In this document: positions 9,957-19,620 of the stretch, piece after piece | Position numbering within the stretch: the stretch's first letter is position 1 | Layout: each line of letters starts with the position of its first letter | Assembly: GCA_021823825.1 (NCBI GenBank) | Contig: JAKANJ010000001.1 | Location: forward strand, 1-47,070 | Length of the DNA: 47,070 nucleotides | Reading direction: 5' to 3' | Source: a bacterium | GTDB taxonomy: Bacteria; Patescibacteriota; Minisyncoccia; Phycocordibacterales; UBA1550 | Notes under the pieces: model-generated | The model's database searches: none | Seen by the model: the letters and a program-made list of their open reading frames with translations, nothing else | What the model was told of the DNA's origin: nothing | Translations under genes and position numbers: made by a program

Positions 9957-11333
9957 TTAAAACATTGCACGAATCTGGTCAACCTCCTGCATTAAAGAAA
10001 GATCGTTCTTCATATCTATTTTTACTTTCTCACAAGAATGCATAACTGTTGTATGGTCACGCCCACCCAATTTTTGTCCAATTGTTGGATAGGAGATGTT
10101 AAAATCCTCACGAAGGATAAACATGGCAATCTGGCGTGGTTTAACAACCTCCTTCCTCCGGGTTTTTTCATAAACAAAACTTTCCTCAATATTGTAAAAA
10201 TCACATACAACCTTCACAATATCCTTTACAGACAACATCTTTTTAGGTTTCGCAGTGTTTTTAATGAAAGGTTTTATCTCATTAAGGGTAAGATTCCTAC
10301 TTTTGATTTGGGATTGGCAAATAATCCCATTCAAAAGACCTTCAAGCTCACGAATATTCCCCTGCACAGAAGAAGCAAGATAGTCAATTATTTCCTCCGG
10401 GGGGAAGAAGTTTTGTGTTGCAGCTTTTGCGCGTAAAATTGCAAGACGCGACTCATATTCTGGTTCTTGGACATCAACAATCATACCGGCGCTAAAACGA
10501 GATTTTAAACGAGATTCAAGCGCAGGGATATAGTTTGGGTGTTTATCAGACGAAAATATAATTTGTTTATTGTTGTGATATAGCTCATTGAAAATATGGA
10601 ACAACTCCTCTTGAGTTTTCTCCTTATTGGAGAGGAATTGGATATCATCCATAATTAAAAGATCATAGTTTCTGTATTTGTTTTTAAAAACAACCATAGC
10701 TTTTGAACCTTGGCTGACAGAGTTAATGTAGTCTACAGAAAATTTTTCAGAAGTAGTGTAAAAAACGCGCTTAGAAGGGTGGTTTTTTTTGACTTCATTA
10801 CCTACTGCTTGAATAAGGTGTGTTTTTCCTAAACCCGTGCTTCCGTAAATAAAAAGCGGGTTGTACACATTCGTTCCAACCTTTTTCAAAATAGCTTGAG
10901 CCGCAGTATAGGCAAGCTCATTAAATGATCCAATAATAAAGTTATCAAAAGTGTAGCGCTGGTTTAACCCGTCTTCCCTATTAACATATAAATTCGCAAG
11001 TGGTAGCTCGCCTTCCTGGGGTGTATTTTGGAGAGATAACTCTTTTTTTTCTTGTTTTTTTTCTTCTACCCTAAAAACAGTGTATTCAATACCGCGAATA
11101 TTTTCTGAGAGATTTCTCAAGGAGCGCAAAATCATTTTATGGAACTTGTTTTGAAGCCAATCCTTAACAAACTCATTGGGAACACCTACAAAAACAATTC
11201 CATCATCTTGTTTTAGTATTGTTGTGTTTTTAAACCAAGTACTAAAATTTGCGCGCGAAAGATCACCCTCAAACTCAGAAAGCGCTCTTTCCCAAAGCTG
11301 TGTGTTCTCTGATGTTGAATTAGGTGAACTCAT
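9957..11333 (-). CDS. dnaA: Chromosomal replication initiator DnaA
   Basis: YTFDNF, YNPLFIYG.TGLGKTHL, LIMDDIQF, QEELFH, RLKSRF, NIRELEG, PRQIAM, GGRDHTTV. Confidence 0.98.
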   Translation of the reverse strand: MSSPNSTSENTQLWERALSEFEGDLSRANFSTWFKNTTILKQDDGIVFVGVPNEFVKDWLQNKFHKMILRSLRNLSENIRGIEYTVFRVEEKKQEKKELSLQNTPQEGELPLANLYVNREDGLNQRYTFDNFIIGSFNELAYTAAQAILKKVGTNVYNPLFIYGSTGLGKTHLIQAVGNEVKKNHPSKRVFYTTSEKFSVDYINSVSQGSKAMVVFKNKYRNYDLLIMDDIQFLSNKEKTQEELFHIFNELYHNNKQIIFSSDKHPNYIPALESRLKSRFSAGMIVDVQEPEYESRLAILRAKAATQNFFPPEEIIDYLASSVQGNIRELEGLLNGIICQSQIKSRNLTLNEIKPFIKNTAKPKKMLSVKDIVKVVCDFYNIEESFVYEKTRRKEVVKPRQIAMFILREDFNISYPTIGQKLGGRDHTTVMHSCEKVKIDMKNDLSLMQEVDQIRAMF

Positions 11334-11389
11334 GTTTTTTATTATAGTCTTCTCTGAAGAAATAAAGAAAGAAAATTAGGGGAAGGATT

Positions 11390-11420
11390 AGTGAATAGAT
11401 TGTGGATAAACTGTGGATAG
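11390..11420. promoter_or_regulatory. DnaA-box cluster upstream of dnaA
   Basis: AGTGAATAG 11390-11398, TGTGGATAA 11401-11409, TGTGGATAG 11412-11420, same orientation, 11-bp period. Confidence 0.75.
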
Positions 11421-11524
11421 ATTACCATATAAAAGAACAAGACCAAAGAGTGATAAAGAATCCCCTGTTTTTAATAAATAAGAAAGACTAGATTTTTTCC
11501 AGGAATAGTGTATAGTGTCCCATT

Positions 11525-11662
11525 ATGTCACAAACATACCAGCCTAAAAAAAGAAAACGAGCGACAACACATGGGTTTCTTGTTCGTTCGGGCACAAAAA
11601 GTGGTAAAAATGTCCTAAAACGACGCCGCCAAAAAGGCCGAAAACTTTTGTCTACTGTCTAA
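11525..11662 (+). CDS. rpmH: 50S ribosomal protein L34 (absent from ORF track)
   Basis: Manual translation [45 protein letters not shown]; canonical position divergent from dnaA. Confidence 0.96.
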   Translation: MSQTYQPKKRKRATTHGFLVRSGTKSGKNVLKRRRQKGRKLLSTV

Positions 11663-11689
11663 AACCCTACAATAAAGGGTATAAATCAT

Positions 11690-12025
11690 ATGCTTTCTCG
11701 TAAGAACCGCATATCAAAAAAGGAGTTCCCCTCACCAAAGGCCAAGGGAGCTCGTTTTTTTTCAACCTCTTTTTCTACAACCATCTATACTGGAAAAGAC
11801 AAAACCCTTTTTTCTATTGTCGTTTCAAAGAAAATATCTAAAAAAGCTGTTGATCGAAACCACTTAAAGCGACAATTTTATTCCTTAGCAGAAAAACACC
11901 TCAAAACTATTATAAAAGGAGTTAAAATTGTTATATACCCTAAAAAGGAAGCACTTAAGACACCTTTTCTTTTATTACAAAAGGAGCTGTCCACTGTTTT
12001 AAAAACGGCAAAATTAATACCTTAA
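11690..12025 (+). CDS. rnpA: Ribonuclease P protein component
   Basis: IVVSKKISKKAVDRNHLKR (RNR-like motif); follows rpmH. Confidence 0.9.
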   Translation: MLSRKNRISKKEFPSPKAKGARFFSTSFSTTIYTGKDKTLFSIVVSKKISKKAVDRNHLKRQFYSLAEKHLKTIIKGVKIVIYPKKEALKTPFLLLQKELSTVLKTAKLIP

Positions 12026-12026
12026 A

Positions 12027-12257
12027 ATGAGGAAAATTATTGCTTCAGCCATAACATTTTACCAAAAGTTTATTTCCTTAGACACAGGTATTTTTTCCTA
12101 TAAAAAGGGGACGACCTGCGTTTTTTACCCAACCTGCTCTGAGTATACAAAACAGGGAGTTATTAAATACGGAGTTATTAAAGGGTCTTTTTTGGGCTTT
12201 AAAAGAATCATACGCTGTCACCCCTGGCAGAAAGAGCATATTGACCCACTCCCCTAG
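12027..12257 (+). CDS. yidD: Membrane protein insertion efficiency factor YidD
   Basis: YQKFIS, CVFYPTCSEY, RIIRCHPW, DPLP. Confidence 0.93.
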   Translation: MRKIIASAITFYQKFISLDTGIFSYKKGTTCVFYPTCSEYTKQGVIKYGVIKGSFLGFKRIIRCHPWQKEHIDPLP

Positions 12258-12289
12258 TAAAAAGGGTGTATTTACGCTACTATAGCCGA

Positions 12290-13018
12290 ATGATTTTAAG
12301 TATTTTAAAAACAATTTTTTATCAGCCGCTCTATAACGGACTTATTATTGGCCTCTCTATTATCCCCGGAGCAAACGTGGGTGTTGTAGTGATTCTTTTA
12401 ACCCTTGTTGTGCGAAGTGTCCTTTTGCCCTTCTCCCATAAATCTGTTGTTTCCCAATCAAAAATGAGGCAAATTGCGCCTAAAATTGAAGGTATCAAGG
12501 AACAATACAAAGATGATAAACAGGAACAAGCAAGGAAAACCATGGAACTTTATAAGGAACATGGAGTAAATCCATTTTCTGGGTGTGTTGTTATTCTTAT
12601 ACAGCTACCCGTGCTCTTTTCTCTGTATTACGTATTCTCAAAGGGCCTCAGCACGCTTAATGGTGACATCCTCTACTCTTTTGTTCATGTCCCTGCGGTT
12701 GTTGACATGACGTTTTTTGGGATAATTCTTTCTGGGAAAAGTGTGTTACTTGCAGCCATCGCCGCAATTTCTCAGTATTTCCAAATAAAACTATCCGTTC
12801 CACCGGTGCCACCCTTGGCTCCAGGGGCAAAGCCAACCTTTAAAGATGATTTTGCGCGAAGCTTTAGTTCTCAAATGAAATACATGCTACCAATTATCGT
12901 TTTTGGTATTTCTTACTCAATTTCTGCCGCCGTGGCGCTTTATTGGGCAACAAGCAACACTTTCTCAGTCTTTCATGAGCTTTATGTAAAAAGGAAAGCA
13001 GAAGAAATTAAAGCGTAA
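12290..13018 (+). CDS. yidC: YidC/Oxa1 membrane protein insertase (short form)
   Basis: YQPLYN, MELYKEHGVNPFSGC, IQLPV, LYW; ATG at 12290. Confidence 0.92.
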   Translation: MILSILKTIFYQPLYNGLIIGLSIIPGANVGVVVILLTLVVRSVLLPFSHKSVVSQSKMRQIAPKIEGIKEQYKDDKQEQARKTMELYKEHGVNPFSGCVVILIQLPVLFSLYYVFSKGLSTLNGDILYSFVHVPAVVDMTFFGIILSGKSVLLAAIAAISQYFQIKLSVPPVPPLAPGAKPTFKDDFARSFSSQMKYMLPIIVFGISYSISAAVALYWATSNTFSVFHELYVKRKAEEIKA

Positions 13019-13022
13019 AGAA

Positions 13023-13068
13023 TTTAAAAAAACCCTAGCGGTAGATCTACCGCTAGGGTTTTTTTAAA
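13023..13068. terminator. 46-bp perfect palindrome, probable bidirectional terminator
   Basis: TTTAAAAAAACCCTAGCGGTAGA|TCTACCGCTAGGGTTTTTTTAAA between convergent genes. Confidence 0.8.
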
Positions 13069-13076
13069 AATCTTTT

Positions 13077-14435
13077 CTAACGAATTTTTTGCATATCGGG
13101 TGTTATTGCTGATGGTAAAATTGTTGGCGTTGTTGTATTACTAGAGGAAACCGTTTGTGGGGTATCAATAAGTCGATACACCCATGGAGTGCTGGTGATT
13201 TTATCAACAAATAAGAGATACGCATCGTTTGAGGACAAGAGGAGGTTGGTCATATCCATCGCTGGAGCTCCGTAGGCGCCCGGGACCATTATGGGTGTTA
13301 CATTGAGGGTTGCGACGTCAATCCTCCACAAAGAATCTGAAAACGAAATAACACCTTGGTACCATTGATCTGGGTATGTTCCTGTTGGGATATTCTGTGG
13401 CACGGCGCAGTAAACGACAGTTTTTTGCATTGTGGACCAAACACATTTTTCTGGAAGTGTTTGAAGAGATATTTGATTACTTGTTTTTTTTGTCGTGTCA
13501 TACACAGAGAGTTGAGGGACGCCAACTTGAGTTCCAGAATATAAAACATATTTTCCGTCAGTGTTTGTGAGTGTTGTAAGGCCATTTATGTCACCTAAAA
13601 TTTTTGTTACTGCTTTTGTCTTAGGGTTCAAGAAAAACATATCACCAGGAACATCAGCGGAAGGTTTTGTGTTTAATGTGACAAGGTTTTTGTTGGGAAA
13701 CTGTGGTAGCCACTCAGTAAATGGGGAGCTAAATATATTTATTGCAGAACTATTTTTAAAATCAGTCACAAACCCCAGTATTGGTCCACCAGTGTCCTTT
13801 AGATAAAAAAGTGTATTACTATTGTCTCCTGCAGTTGAAGCAAAAGGAATATAGTCAGGAAGAAAAACTTCCTCTGTTTTTAAGAAGGATGGCTGAACAC
13901 TCTCTGTGGAGGTGCTTATTGTTATTGGGGTTGCGGATGTGCCTAGGTTGATAATATGGCTTTTGATAAGGCCATCTGTCTGGCTATCAAGGTAGCGGAA
14001 AATAACACTATTTCCTTTATTCCCCCAAAGGGCTTCTGCAACCTGTGGATGTGTTTCGTTTGAAATCCTTGTCTCAGCAAATGTATTAAGCGGTGTTTCA
14101 AAAATATTACCTAAACTCCGCTCCATGTAGCGAGCACTCACAGAAAGAGAAGAACCTGAACCTGTTTCATAAAACCCCGCACCAGCGACAGGGGTTGTGT
14201 GAAGTTGATAAAGACGTGGAAGGGGTGCTCCAGATCCCGGTACAAAATTACTTACGCTACCGTACCCTCCCGCGCCACCAGTGCCACCGCCAGGCGCTTG
14301 GGCACCACTCCCTTGAGGGAATGTGGGGACGCCACTCGTTTGCGGGGTTGTTTTCCTAGAAAGAAGGAAAAATACTCCAACTGCGAGAAGAAGGACAACT
14401 ACGATTACTAGAATGATGAGATTGCGACGTTTCAT
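13077..14435 (-). CDS. Membrane-anchored extracytoplasmic protein, probable beta-propeller (T4SS-like cluster)
   Basis: Single N-terminal TM, G/P linker, beta-rich body with TLPEKCVW, VYCAVP, YPDQWYQG..SFSDSLW. Confidence 0.7.
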   Translation of the reverse strand: MKRRNLIILVIVVVLLLAVGVFFLLSRKTTPQTSGVPTFPQGSGAQAPGGGTGGAGGYGSVSNFVPGSGAPLPRLYQLHTTPVAGAGFYETGSGSSLSVSARYMERSLGNIFETPLNTFAETRISNETHPQVAEALWGNKGNSVIFRYLDSQTDGLIKSHIINLGTSATPITISTSTESVQPSFLKTEEVFLPDYIPFASTAGDNSNTLFYLKDTGGPILGFVTDFKNSSAINIFSSPFTEWLPQFPNKNLVTLNTKPSADVPGDMFFLNPKTKAVTKILGDINGLTTLTNTDGKYVLYSGTQVGVPQLSVYDTTKKTSNQISLQTLPEKCVWSTMQKTVVYCAVPQNIPTGTYPDQWYQGVISFSDSLWRIDVATLNVTPIMVPGAYGAPAMDMTNLLLSSNDAYLLFVDKITSTPWVYRLIDTPQTVSSSNTTTPTILPSAITPDMQKIR

Positions 14436-14451
14436 GAATTAAATATGGTGT

Positions 14452-15378
14452 TTAATAGCAAACGTGCCAATGAGGGCTCGAACTATCTGTTGCTGGGGGG
14501 GTTCCTTCGGCAACGTAGGTGCCCGCGCCGGGGCCTGTTACATAATAATGATTTGCACTATCTACACCACAACCTTTGGCTGGAGCAGTGGGTGCTGGGG
14601 CATGGCTTTTAATATAGTTATCTAGTTGGGATGTGTGATGGAGGTCAACCATTGGCTGTCCTGGACCATGTGTTTGGTGTCCCCACTCTGTTCCACCAGT
14701 TATTGCTACGGAACAGTTGCAAGCTGTTGCGAGGGCTCTAACTCCATTAATGGCGCTCGTGGGGAGTTGGTACACACTTGTGCAATGTGACGGTATCGTG
14801 GTTTGGTCTGTTCTCCCTGTGCAGTCTGGCGTATATACCGAGACAACAGCGTTGTTGGGTAGCGGGGCAGTAAGAAGTGCTCGTTCACTGCTGTCGTCTG
14901 GCCAAGGACCAACAATGGTGCCATTTGCGCCCACACTAGTTCCTGTTGTGGAAGTGGTGCTAGCAAAATCCATTGGTGATAAACCGACAGGGGGCAACGC
15001 AAGATTAAAATTTACCAAATCGGGGTTAATTGAGTTGAGTATCAAATAAGAGGTAAGAACAAGAGCAAGGCCAATGAATGCATTTATCATCTTCTCTTTC
15101 GCGTCCATCTTTGCACTTGGAGAAATCCCCTTTGCAACATATTCTACCCCTGCAAGGATAGACATAATGACCGCAAGACCTGCACCAAGCGCGATAATAA
15201 GCTTTATCGCTCCCGCGAGATAGGTGGACATCGTGTAGGTGGACAGCGTGCTTCCCCCTGGCCCAATAGGTAGTGGTGCAAGGGGTGTATATGATGCGGA
15301 GATATCAGCGTGAGCGATAAAAGCACCTCCAATGAGGGCAACAAGTATTCCGCTAATTATTGGTGCAAATTTTTTCAT
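14452..15378 (-). CDS. CPR-type T4SS pilin (VirB2-like) fused to a putative M15-like Zn peptidase domain
   Basis: Signal peptide, YTPLAPLP, two hydrophobic helices with G.EY...AK..M.NA.IGL...L.SYLIL.SINPDL; C-terminal ITGGTE..H.THGPGQPMVDL and PHWHV. Confidence 0.7.
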   Translation of the reverse strand: MKKFAPIISGILVALIGGAFIAHADISASYTPLAPLPIGPGGSTLSTYTMSTYLAGAIKLIIALGAGLAVIMSILAGVEYVAKGISPSAKMDAKEKMINAFIGLALVLTSYLILNSINPDLVNFNLALPPVGLSPMDFASTTSTTGTSVGANGTIVGPWPDDSSERALLTAPLPNNAVVSVYTPDCTGRTDQTTIPSHCTSVYQLPTSAINGVRALATACNCSVAITGGTEWGHQTHGPGQPMVDLHHTSQLDNYIKSHAPAPTAPAKGCGVDSANHYYVTGPGAGTYVAEGTPPATDSSSPHWHVCY

Positions 15379-15387
15379 AACTTTTAA

Positions 15388-16533
15388 TTAAAATAATGTG
15401 TTACCTTGTGTGCTCTCGTTGTTACTAAAATAAATATGGAGAGACTGGCTCGCCTCCTGAAAAGATTTTTCAATATTACTCATAGAGAGTGAAATAAGTG
15501 AATCTCCTTGTGCCCCAGTATCGTTACGAAGGGTGATAGAACGACCATAGTTTTGTGTCGTTTGGCCGTTCATAGACCACGTGTAGCTGAGTGTTTGGGT
15601 GTCAGACTCATCGTTTGAGAAAAAATATGGCTCAGCAACAATCGTAATCTGTTTTTTAGAAAGAGTGTAATTCATTTGTATTGGGTTGTTATATAAAACC
15701 CCCAAAAGTGGGTCCTTCTCATAAAAAAGAATAAATGGTTGCGTTAAGGAAAGTGCGACTTGTGTTTCTGACTGAACACTATTATCAAGGGAGGAGACAA
15801 CAACACTCACATTCGCATCACTATATGGTTTTGGGCCCAAAAAAGAAAAGACATTTTTCCCATATCCAGAAGCGGAACTAACAACCGCTCCATCCTTTTT
15901 CCAAACATACACAAGGTTGCCGGCGCTCAGTGCGTTACCCGGTGTGTTGTTGTCTGGGATAGCGACAACCTGAACTTGCGCTTGTGGGGCGAGAAGGGCT
16001 TTGCCACGGTAAAACGGAGGCGTATAGGTGGTAGCTTGCCAAAGGGTCGTAATACCAATCGGTTGCCACGACAACTTTTTTGTCACATAGTCCCCCTCTG
16101 GGGTGCTAATAGAAACAGAAAGCCGTGTTACTACACCACTTGCGCCGTTTTGAAAACTAAATGTTCTTTGACCAACACCGCTCGATACAAGCTGTCCGTT
16201 GATTGACCACTTGAATGTTGCTTTATCAAGATCACTCAAATAACTATCAATAGTCACAGTTATTGTATCGTTAGGACCAGGATTTTCTGGGGTTGATTTA
16301 ATATCAAGGTAGTTACTGACAGGGTTTGAGCTTTGGGAAAGACTTGCCGACTGTACCGCAGAGCCCGCAAGTTGTTGCAACTGTGAGCTTATTAAGTCAT
16401 ATAGAGTGCTAGATAGGGGGGGTGTCGTGGTGGCGGTGTCCGTTGTTGTCGCTGTTTGTGCATGAACAAAAAACGGTATCACTAAAATTGCTACCAAGAG
16501 AATACGGTGTAATGCAGTGCGCAAATGATGCAT
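15388..16533 (-). CDS. Secreted protein with repeated Ig/PKD-like domains
   Basis: Signal peptide ending VHA; three W-x-x-(N/D)G modules (FKWSING, YVWKKDG, YTWSMNG); YTPPFYRGKAL, AEPYFFS. Confidence 0.72.
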   Translation of the reverse strand: MHHLRTALHRILLVAILVIPFFVHAQTATTTDTATTTPPLSSTLYDLISSQLQQLAGSAVQSASLSQSSNPVSNYLDIKSTPENPGPNDTITVTIDSYLSDLDKATFKWSINGQLVSSGVGQRTFSFQNGASGVVTRLSVSISTPEGDYVTKKLSWQPIGITTLWQATTYTPPFYRGKALLAPQAQVQVVAIPDNNTPGNALSAGNLVYVWKKDGAVVSSASGYGKNVFSFLGPKPYSDANVSVVVSSLDNSVQSETQVALSLTQPFILFYEKDPLLGVLYNNPIQMNYTLSKKQITIVAEPYFFSNDESDTQTLSYTWSMNGQTTQNYGRSITLRNDTGAQGDSLISLSMSNIEKSFQEASQSLHIYFSNNESTQGNTLF

Positions 16534-16586
16534 GTGATTACATTATAACGCGGAATATGTAAAGGCGCTATAGTGGAACAGTGAAA

Positions 16587-18410
16587 CTATTTAGTAGCCT
16601 GCTCCTCTGAAGCGAGAAGCTCACTTTTTGCTTTTTTTATAGCAAGAATTTGAGATGGATCAGAAGTAATAATTTGGTCTTCTGTGTAGGAGGCAATAGT
16701 GCGGATTGCCACATGTTTCATCCCTGCAAAAAAGATACCCTCCCCCACCCCAGACTCAAGTAAAAGAAACTTCTCTTCATCGGTCAAATTGAAGGCTTTT
16801 TGGACAGCATCTATCGCTGTAGGAGACTGTTTTAATAGAATTTGTATTGAAGAGTTTGTAATAATAGGAAGACCATAAGGGGAGCGGAGGAAGTCATTAA
16901 CATCTTGGGTTATTGTTGCAATTCCTAAGTAGTATTTACGACCTCGCTTTGCAAGAGAGTATAGGAACGCTGCAGTGTCCTCAGACTTCATCATCCACCA
17001 TGCCTCATCAACAACCAACAATCTCTTTCGCAGGGTGCGACGGATTGCATTCCAGATGAAGTGCGTCACCAGATACATTGCAACCGGCTTAAGGTCGTCT
17101 TCCATGTCACGAACCGAGAAAACGATAAATTTACGATTAATATCAACGTTTGAGGGCTGGTTGATAAACCCTGCCCATGACCCACGGGTGTATTTAGTGA
17201 GTTTCGTGAGAATTCCCTCGGCTCCATCCATACCTCCAAGTACAAGCTCAAAATCAGAAAGAAGTGGCGCTTCTATTGCGGTAAAATCAGAGTCAGGAGT
17301 TATATCTTTAAGCGCATAGGTTTCAGAAATTGCGCGATCAACAATCGCATCCTCTTCTGGGGTAAGGCCACCAAGCATTAAGCGGAAAAGACCGACAAGG
17401 TTTATGACGTTGGAGCGCAGGACATCACCAGGAGCTTCATCTTCTCGGGGAACCGGCAGGTCAAAGGGGTTGATGTGGTGTTCGGAGTTTAACGAAATGT
17501 TGAAGTAACGACCCCCCACAGCCTCTGCCATAGACTCATATTCTCGCTCGGGGTCAATAACAATAACATCGGTATCAAACATCAAACTACGAAGTATTTC
17601 GAGTTTAGTGGCGTAGGATTTTCCAGAACCAGACTTTGCAAACGTAACAGAATTGAAGTTTTCAAGAGAAAAACGATCAAAGAGGACAAGCGATGAGTTG
17701 TGGCGATTGATACCATAAAGGATTCCATGGTCTGAAGTGAGGTCAAATGAGACAAATGGGAAGAAACTTGAAAGTGGCTCCGAGTTTATTTTTTGGGTAA
17801 CGGTTATTTTGTCGTCATCCATCGGTATAATGCTCTGGAATGCCTCAACCTGTTGGAAAAGAGCTGGACGAATATAGATAAGACGGGACTCAAGCATTGA
17901 TTTAATCTCTGCCTCTGCATGACCAAGCTCCTCCTCAGAGTCAGCGTATAGCGAAATATACAACCCAACGTCAAACATTTTTTCTTGTGCTTGCTGGAGA
18001 CGATCGCGCAATGCTTCCAGGTCTCGATATGCGGCCTCAAGCATTGGATCCCTCACGAACCCCTTTCCTTCTCGTATATTAATCTGGCTCTGCACCTCAG
18101 CAACCTTTTTTTCAAACTTCTTCATTATTGCCGCGGTGTCAACGGGGTGAATATAAATTGAAATATCAAAAACTTTATCCAAATTGATAAGGGGAGAAAG
18201 CCAGTTGTCGGTAACTGTGCTTGGGTAGGAGGTGATAAAAAATGAACGTACAACCTTTTCTCCGAGGACAAGATCTTTTGAGGTAACTTTGACCGCCGAT
18301 GGTGCTATCACGTCATTTAAATTGAGCGCAGACTCAGCATACATCTCCTGTGGAAGAATAGGGATTACGTTTTCGTCGGTTGTTTTTTGTTTTTTGAAAA
18401 AATCAAACAT
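16587..18410 (-). CDS. virB4: VirB4/TraC-like secretion ATPase
   Basis: LYGIN, AKSGSGKS (Walker A), VIDPEREY, INPFD, VVDEAW (Walker B), KRGRKY, TITQD. Confidence 0.9.
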   Translation of the reverse strand: MFDFFKKQKTTDENVIPILPQEMYAESALNLNDVIAPSAVKVTSKDLVLGEKVVRSFFITSYPSTVTDNWLSPLINLDKVFDISIYIHPVDTAAIMKKFEKKVAEVQSQINIREGKGFVRDPMLEAAYRDLEALRDRLQQAQEKMFDVGLYISLYADSEEELGHAEAEIKSMLESRLIYIRPALFQQVEAFQSIIPMDDDKITVTQKINSEPLSSFFPFVSFDLTSDHGILYGINRHNSSLVLFDRFSLENFNSVTFAKSGSGKSYATKLEILRSLMFDTDVIVIDPEREYESMAEAVGGRYFNISLNSEHHINPFDLPVPREDEAPGDVLRSNVINLVGLFRLMLGGLTPEEDAIVDRAISETYALKDITPDSDFTAIEAPLLSDFELVLGGMDGAEGILTKLTKYTRGSWAGFINQPSNVDINRKFIVFSVRDMEDDLKPVAMYLVTHFIWNAIRRTLRKRLLVVDEAWWMMKSEDTAAFLYSLAKRGRKYYLGIATITQDVNDFLRSPYGLPIITNSSIQILLKQSPTAIDAVQKAFNLTDEEKFLLLESGVGEGIFFAGMKHVAIRTIASYTEDQIITSDPSQILAIKKAKSELLASEEQATK

Positions 18411-18415
18411 AAATT

Positions 18416-19069
18416 TTATTGTGCCACTACGTTTTTCTCTGCTTCACCCGGGTTAAAGAGGCGGTAGTAGAGCTCGGTAAGCTCTTCTGTGCCCAAAGGA
18501 ACAACGCGAACACCTGTTCGTGCAAGGCCTTGTTTGACGATACCAACACGCTGTTCAATTTGTGAACGCGCCTCCTCAAAAGCCTCAACCGCGCTTGGGG
18601 ACGGGACAGTGCTCTTTTCTTTTTTACCGCCCAAAAGACCCATAAAACCAGAAGATTTTTCACTGCTTGTTACTGATTTTGGTGGTGCATAGGGCACCAC
18701 AACAATAAAAAGCTTATTCATAATATTGGTTGACTGCGTAATCTTTTGAATAAAACTTATGTATTCATGGATCTGTATTTTGAGAAGTTCATTGAGCTCG
18801 GTTTGTAGGCGAGCCTCAAGAAGTTTTACATAAGGACGGATATCCAGCTTTCTTGACTGTATAAAAATTTGTGTGGAGAACTCAAGAGAATTCAAAAAAT
18901 TTTGAAACTGACCAAGAATGGCAACCTGTTCATCGTCGGACTTGAGAGCAAGGTTTATTGATGAAGCAAGAAGAAGTACGCGGATTGTGCCGTCTTTTAG
19001 GATAACGATTCCATCGCGGATTTCCTTGATTGGAACAAAATCTTGAGCTGCTTTTGATTTAATTGCCAT
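18416..19069 (-). CDS. VirB4-associated protein resembling the TraC N-terminal region
   Basis: QDFVPIKEIRDG, SINLALKS..EQ, FQNFLNSL.F, LYYRLFNP; between prgI-like gene and virB4. Confidence 0.7.
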   Translation of the reverse strand: MAIKSKAAQDFVPIKEIRDGIVILKDGTIRVLLLASSINLALKSDDEQVAILGQFQNFLNSLEFSTQIFIQSRKLDIRPYVKLLEARLQTELNELLKIQIHEYISFIQKITQSTNIMNKLFIVVVPYAPPKSVTSSEKSSGFMGLLGGKKEKSTVPSPSAVEAFEEARSQIEQRVGIVKQGLARTGVRVVPLGTEELTELYYRLFNPGEAEKNVVAQ

Positions 19070-19071
19070 AA

Positions 19072-19512
19072 TTATAATTGTTTACCTTTTGGTTCAACTG
19101 TCGGGCTACCTCCGCCAACATCTAAACCAAGTGATTTATTGGAAAGATTTCCAAGAGATAGTGATGTTGGGCTTTGTGGAACCTGGGAAGGAAGCCCTTT
19201 CCCGGCGCCGGGAGATGTTTCTTTTGTCGTTTTTTTCCACGTGTAGAGCTTACTGCCAATATAGTAATTGAAGCCAGCCTCAAGAACACCAATAAACGGC
19301 TTTCCAAGCTTCTCTTTTGGGTAAAATGCAAGCGCCCAAGTGAGGAAACCCAGCCCAAAAATAATCGGCGCGGAGATAAAAATCCAAGGAATGAGTCGGT
19401 AAATAAAATATGCGCCAGCAATACCCCCTGCGACGTAGATAGCTTGCTTTAAGGTGAGTGGTCCGAAAAGTTTGTCCTCAATATCAATATATTGTGGAAT
19501 GTGAAATTGCAT
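19072..19512 (-). CDS. PrgI family protein (VirB3-like)
   Basis: MQFHIPQYIDIEDKLFGPLTLKQ followed by two TM helices. Confidence 0.85.
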   Translation of the reverse strand: MQFHIPQYIDIEDKLFGPLTLKQAIYVAGGIAGAYFIYRLIPWIFISAPIIFGLGFLTWALAFYPKEKLGKPFIGVLEAGFNYYIGSKLYTWKKTTKETSPGAGKGLPSQVPQSPTSLSLGNLSNKSLGLDVGGGSPTVEPKGKQL

Positions 19513-19620
19513 ATGAATAGTATAACGTATTTATCAAACTCAGGGAACGGTAAACTCTAGTTGTGATAGACCGAAAAACTATTTTTGCCCACTTTTGGTA
19601 GACACTTTGTTTCGCCAACA

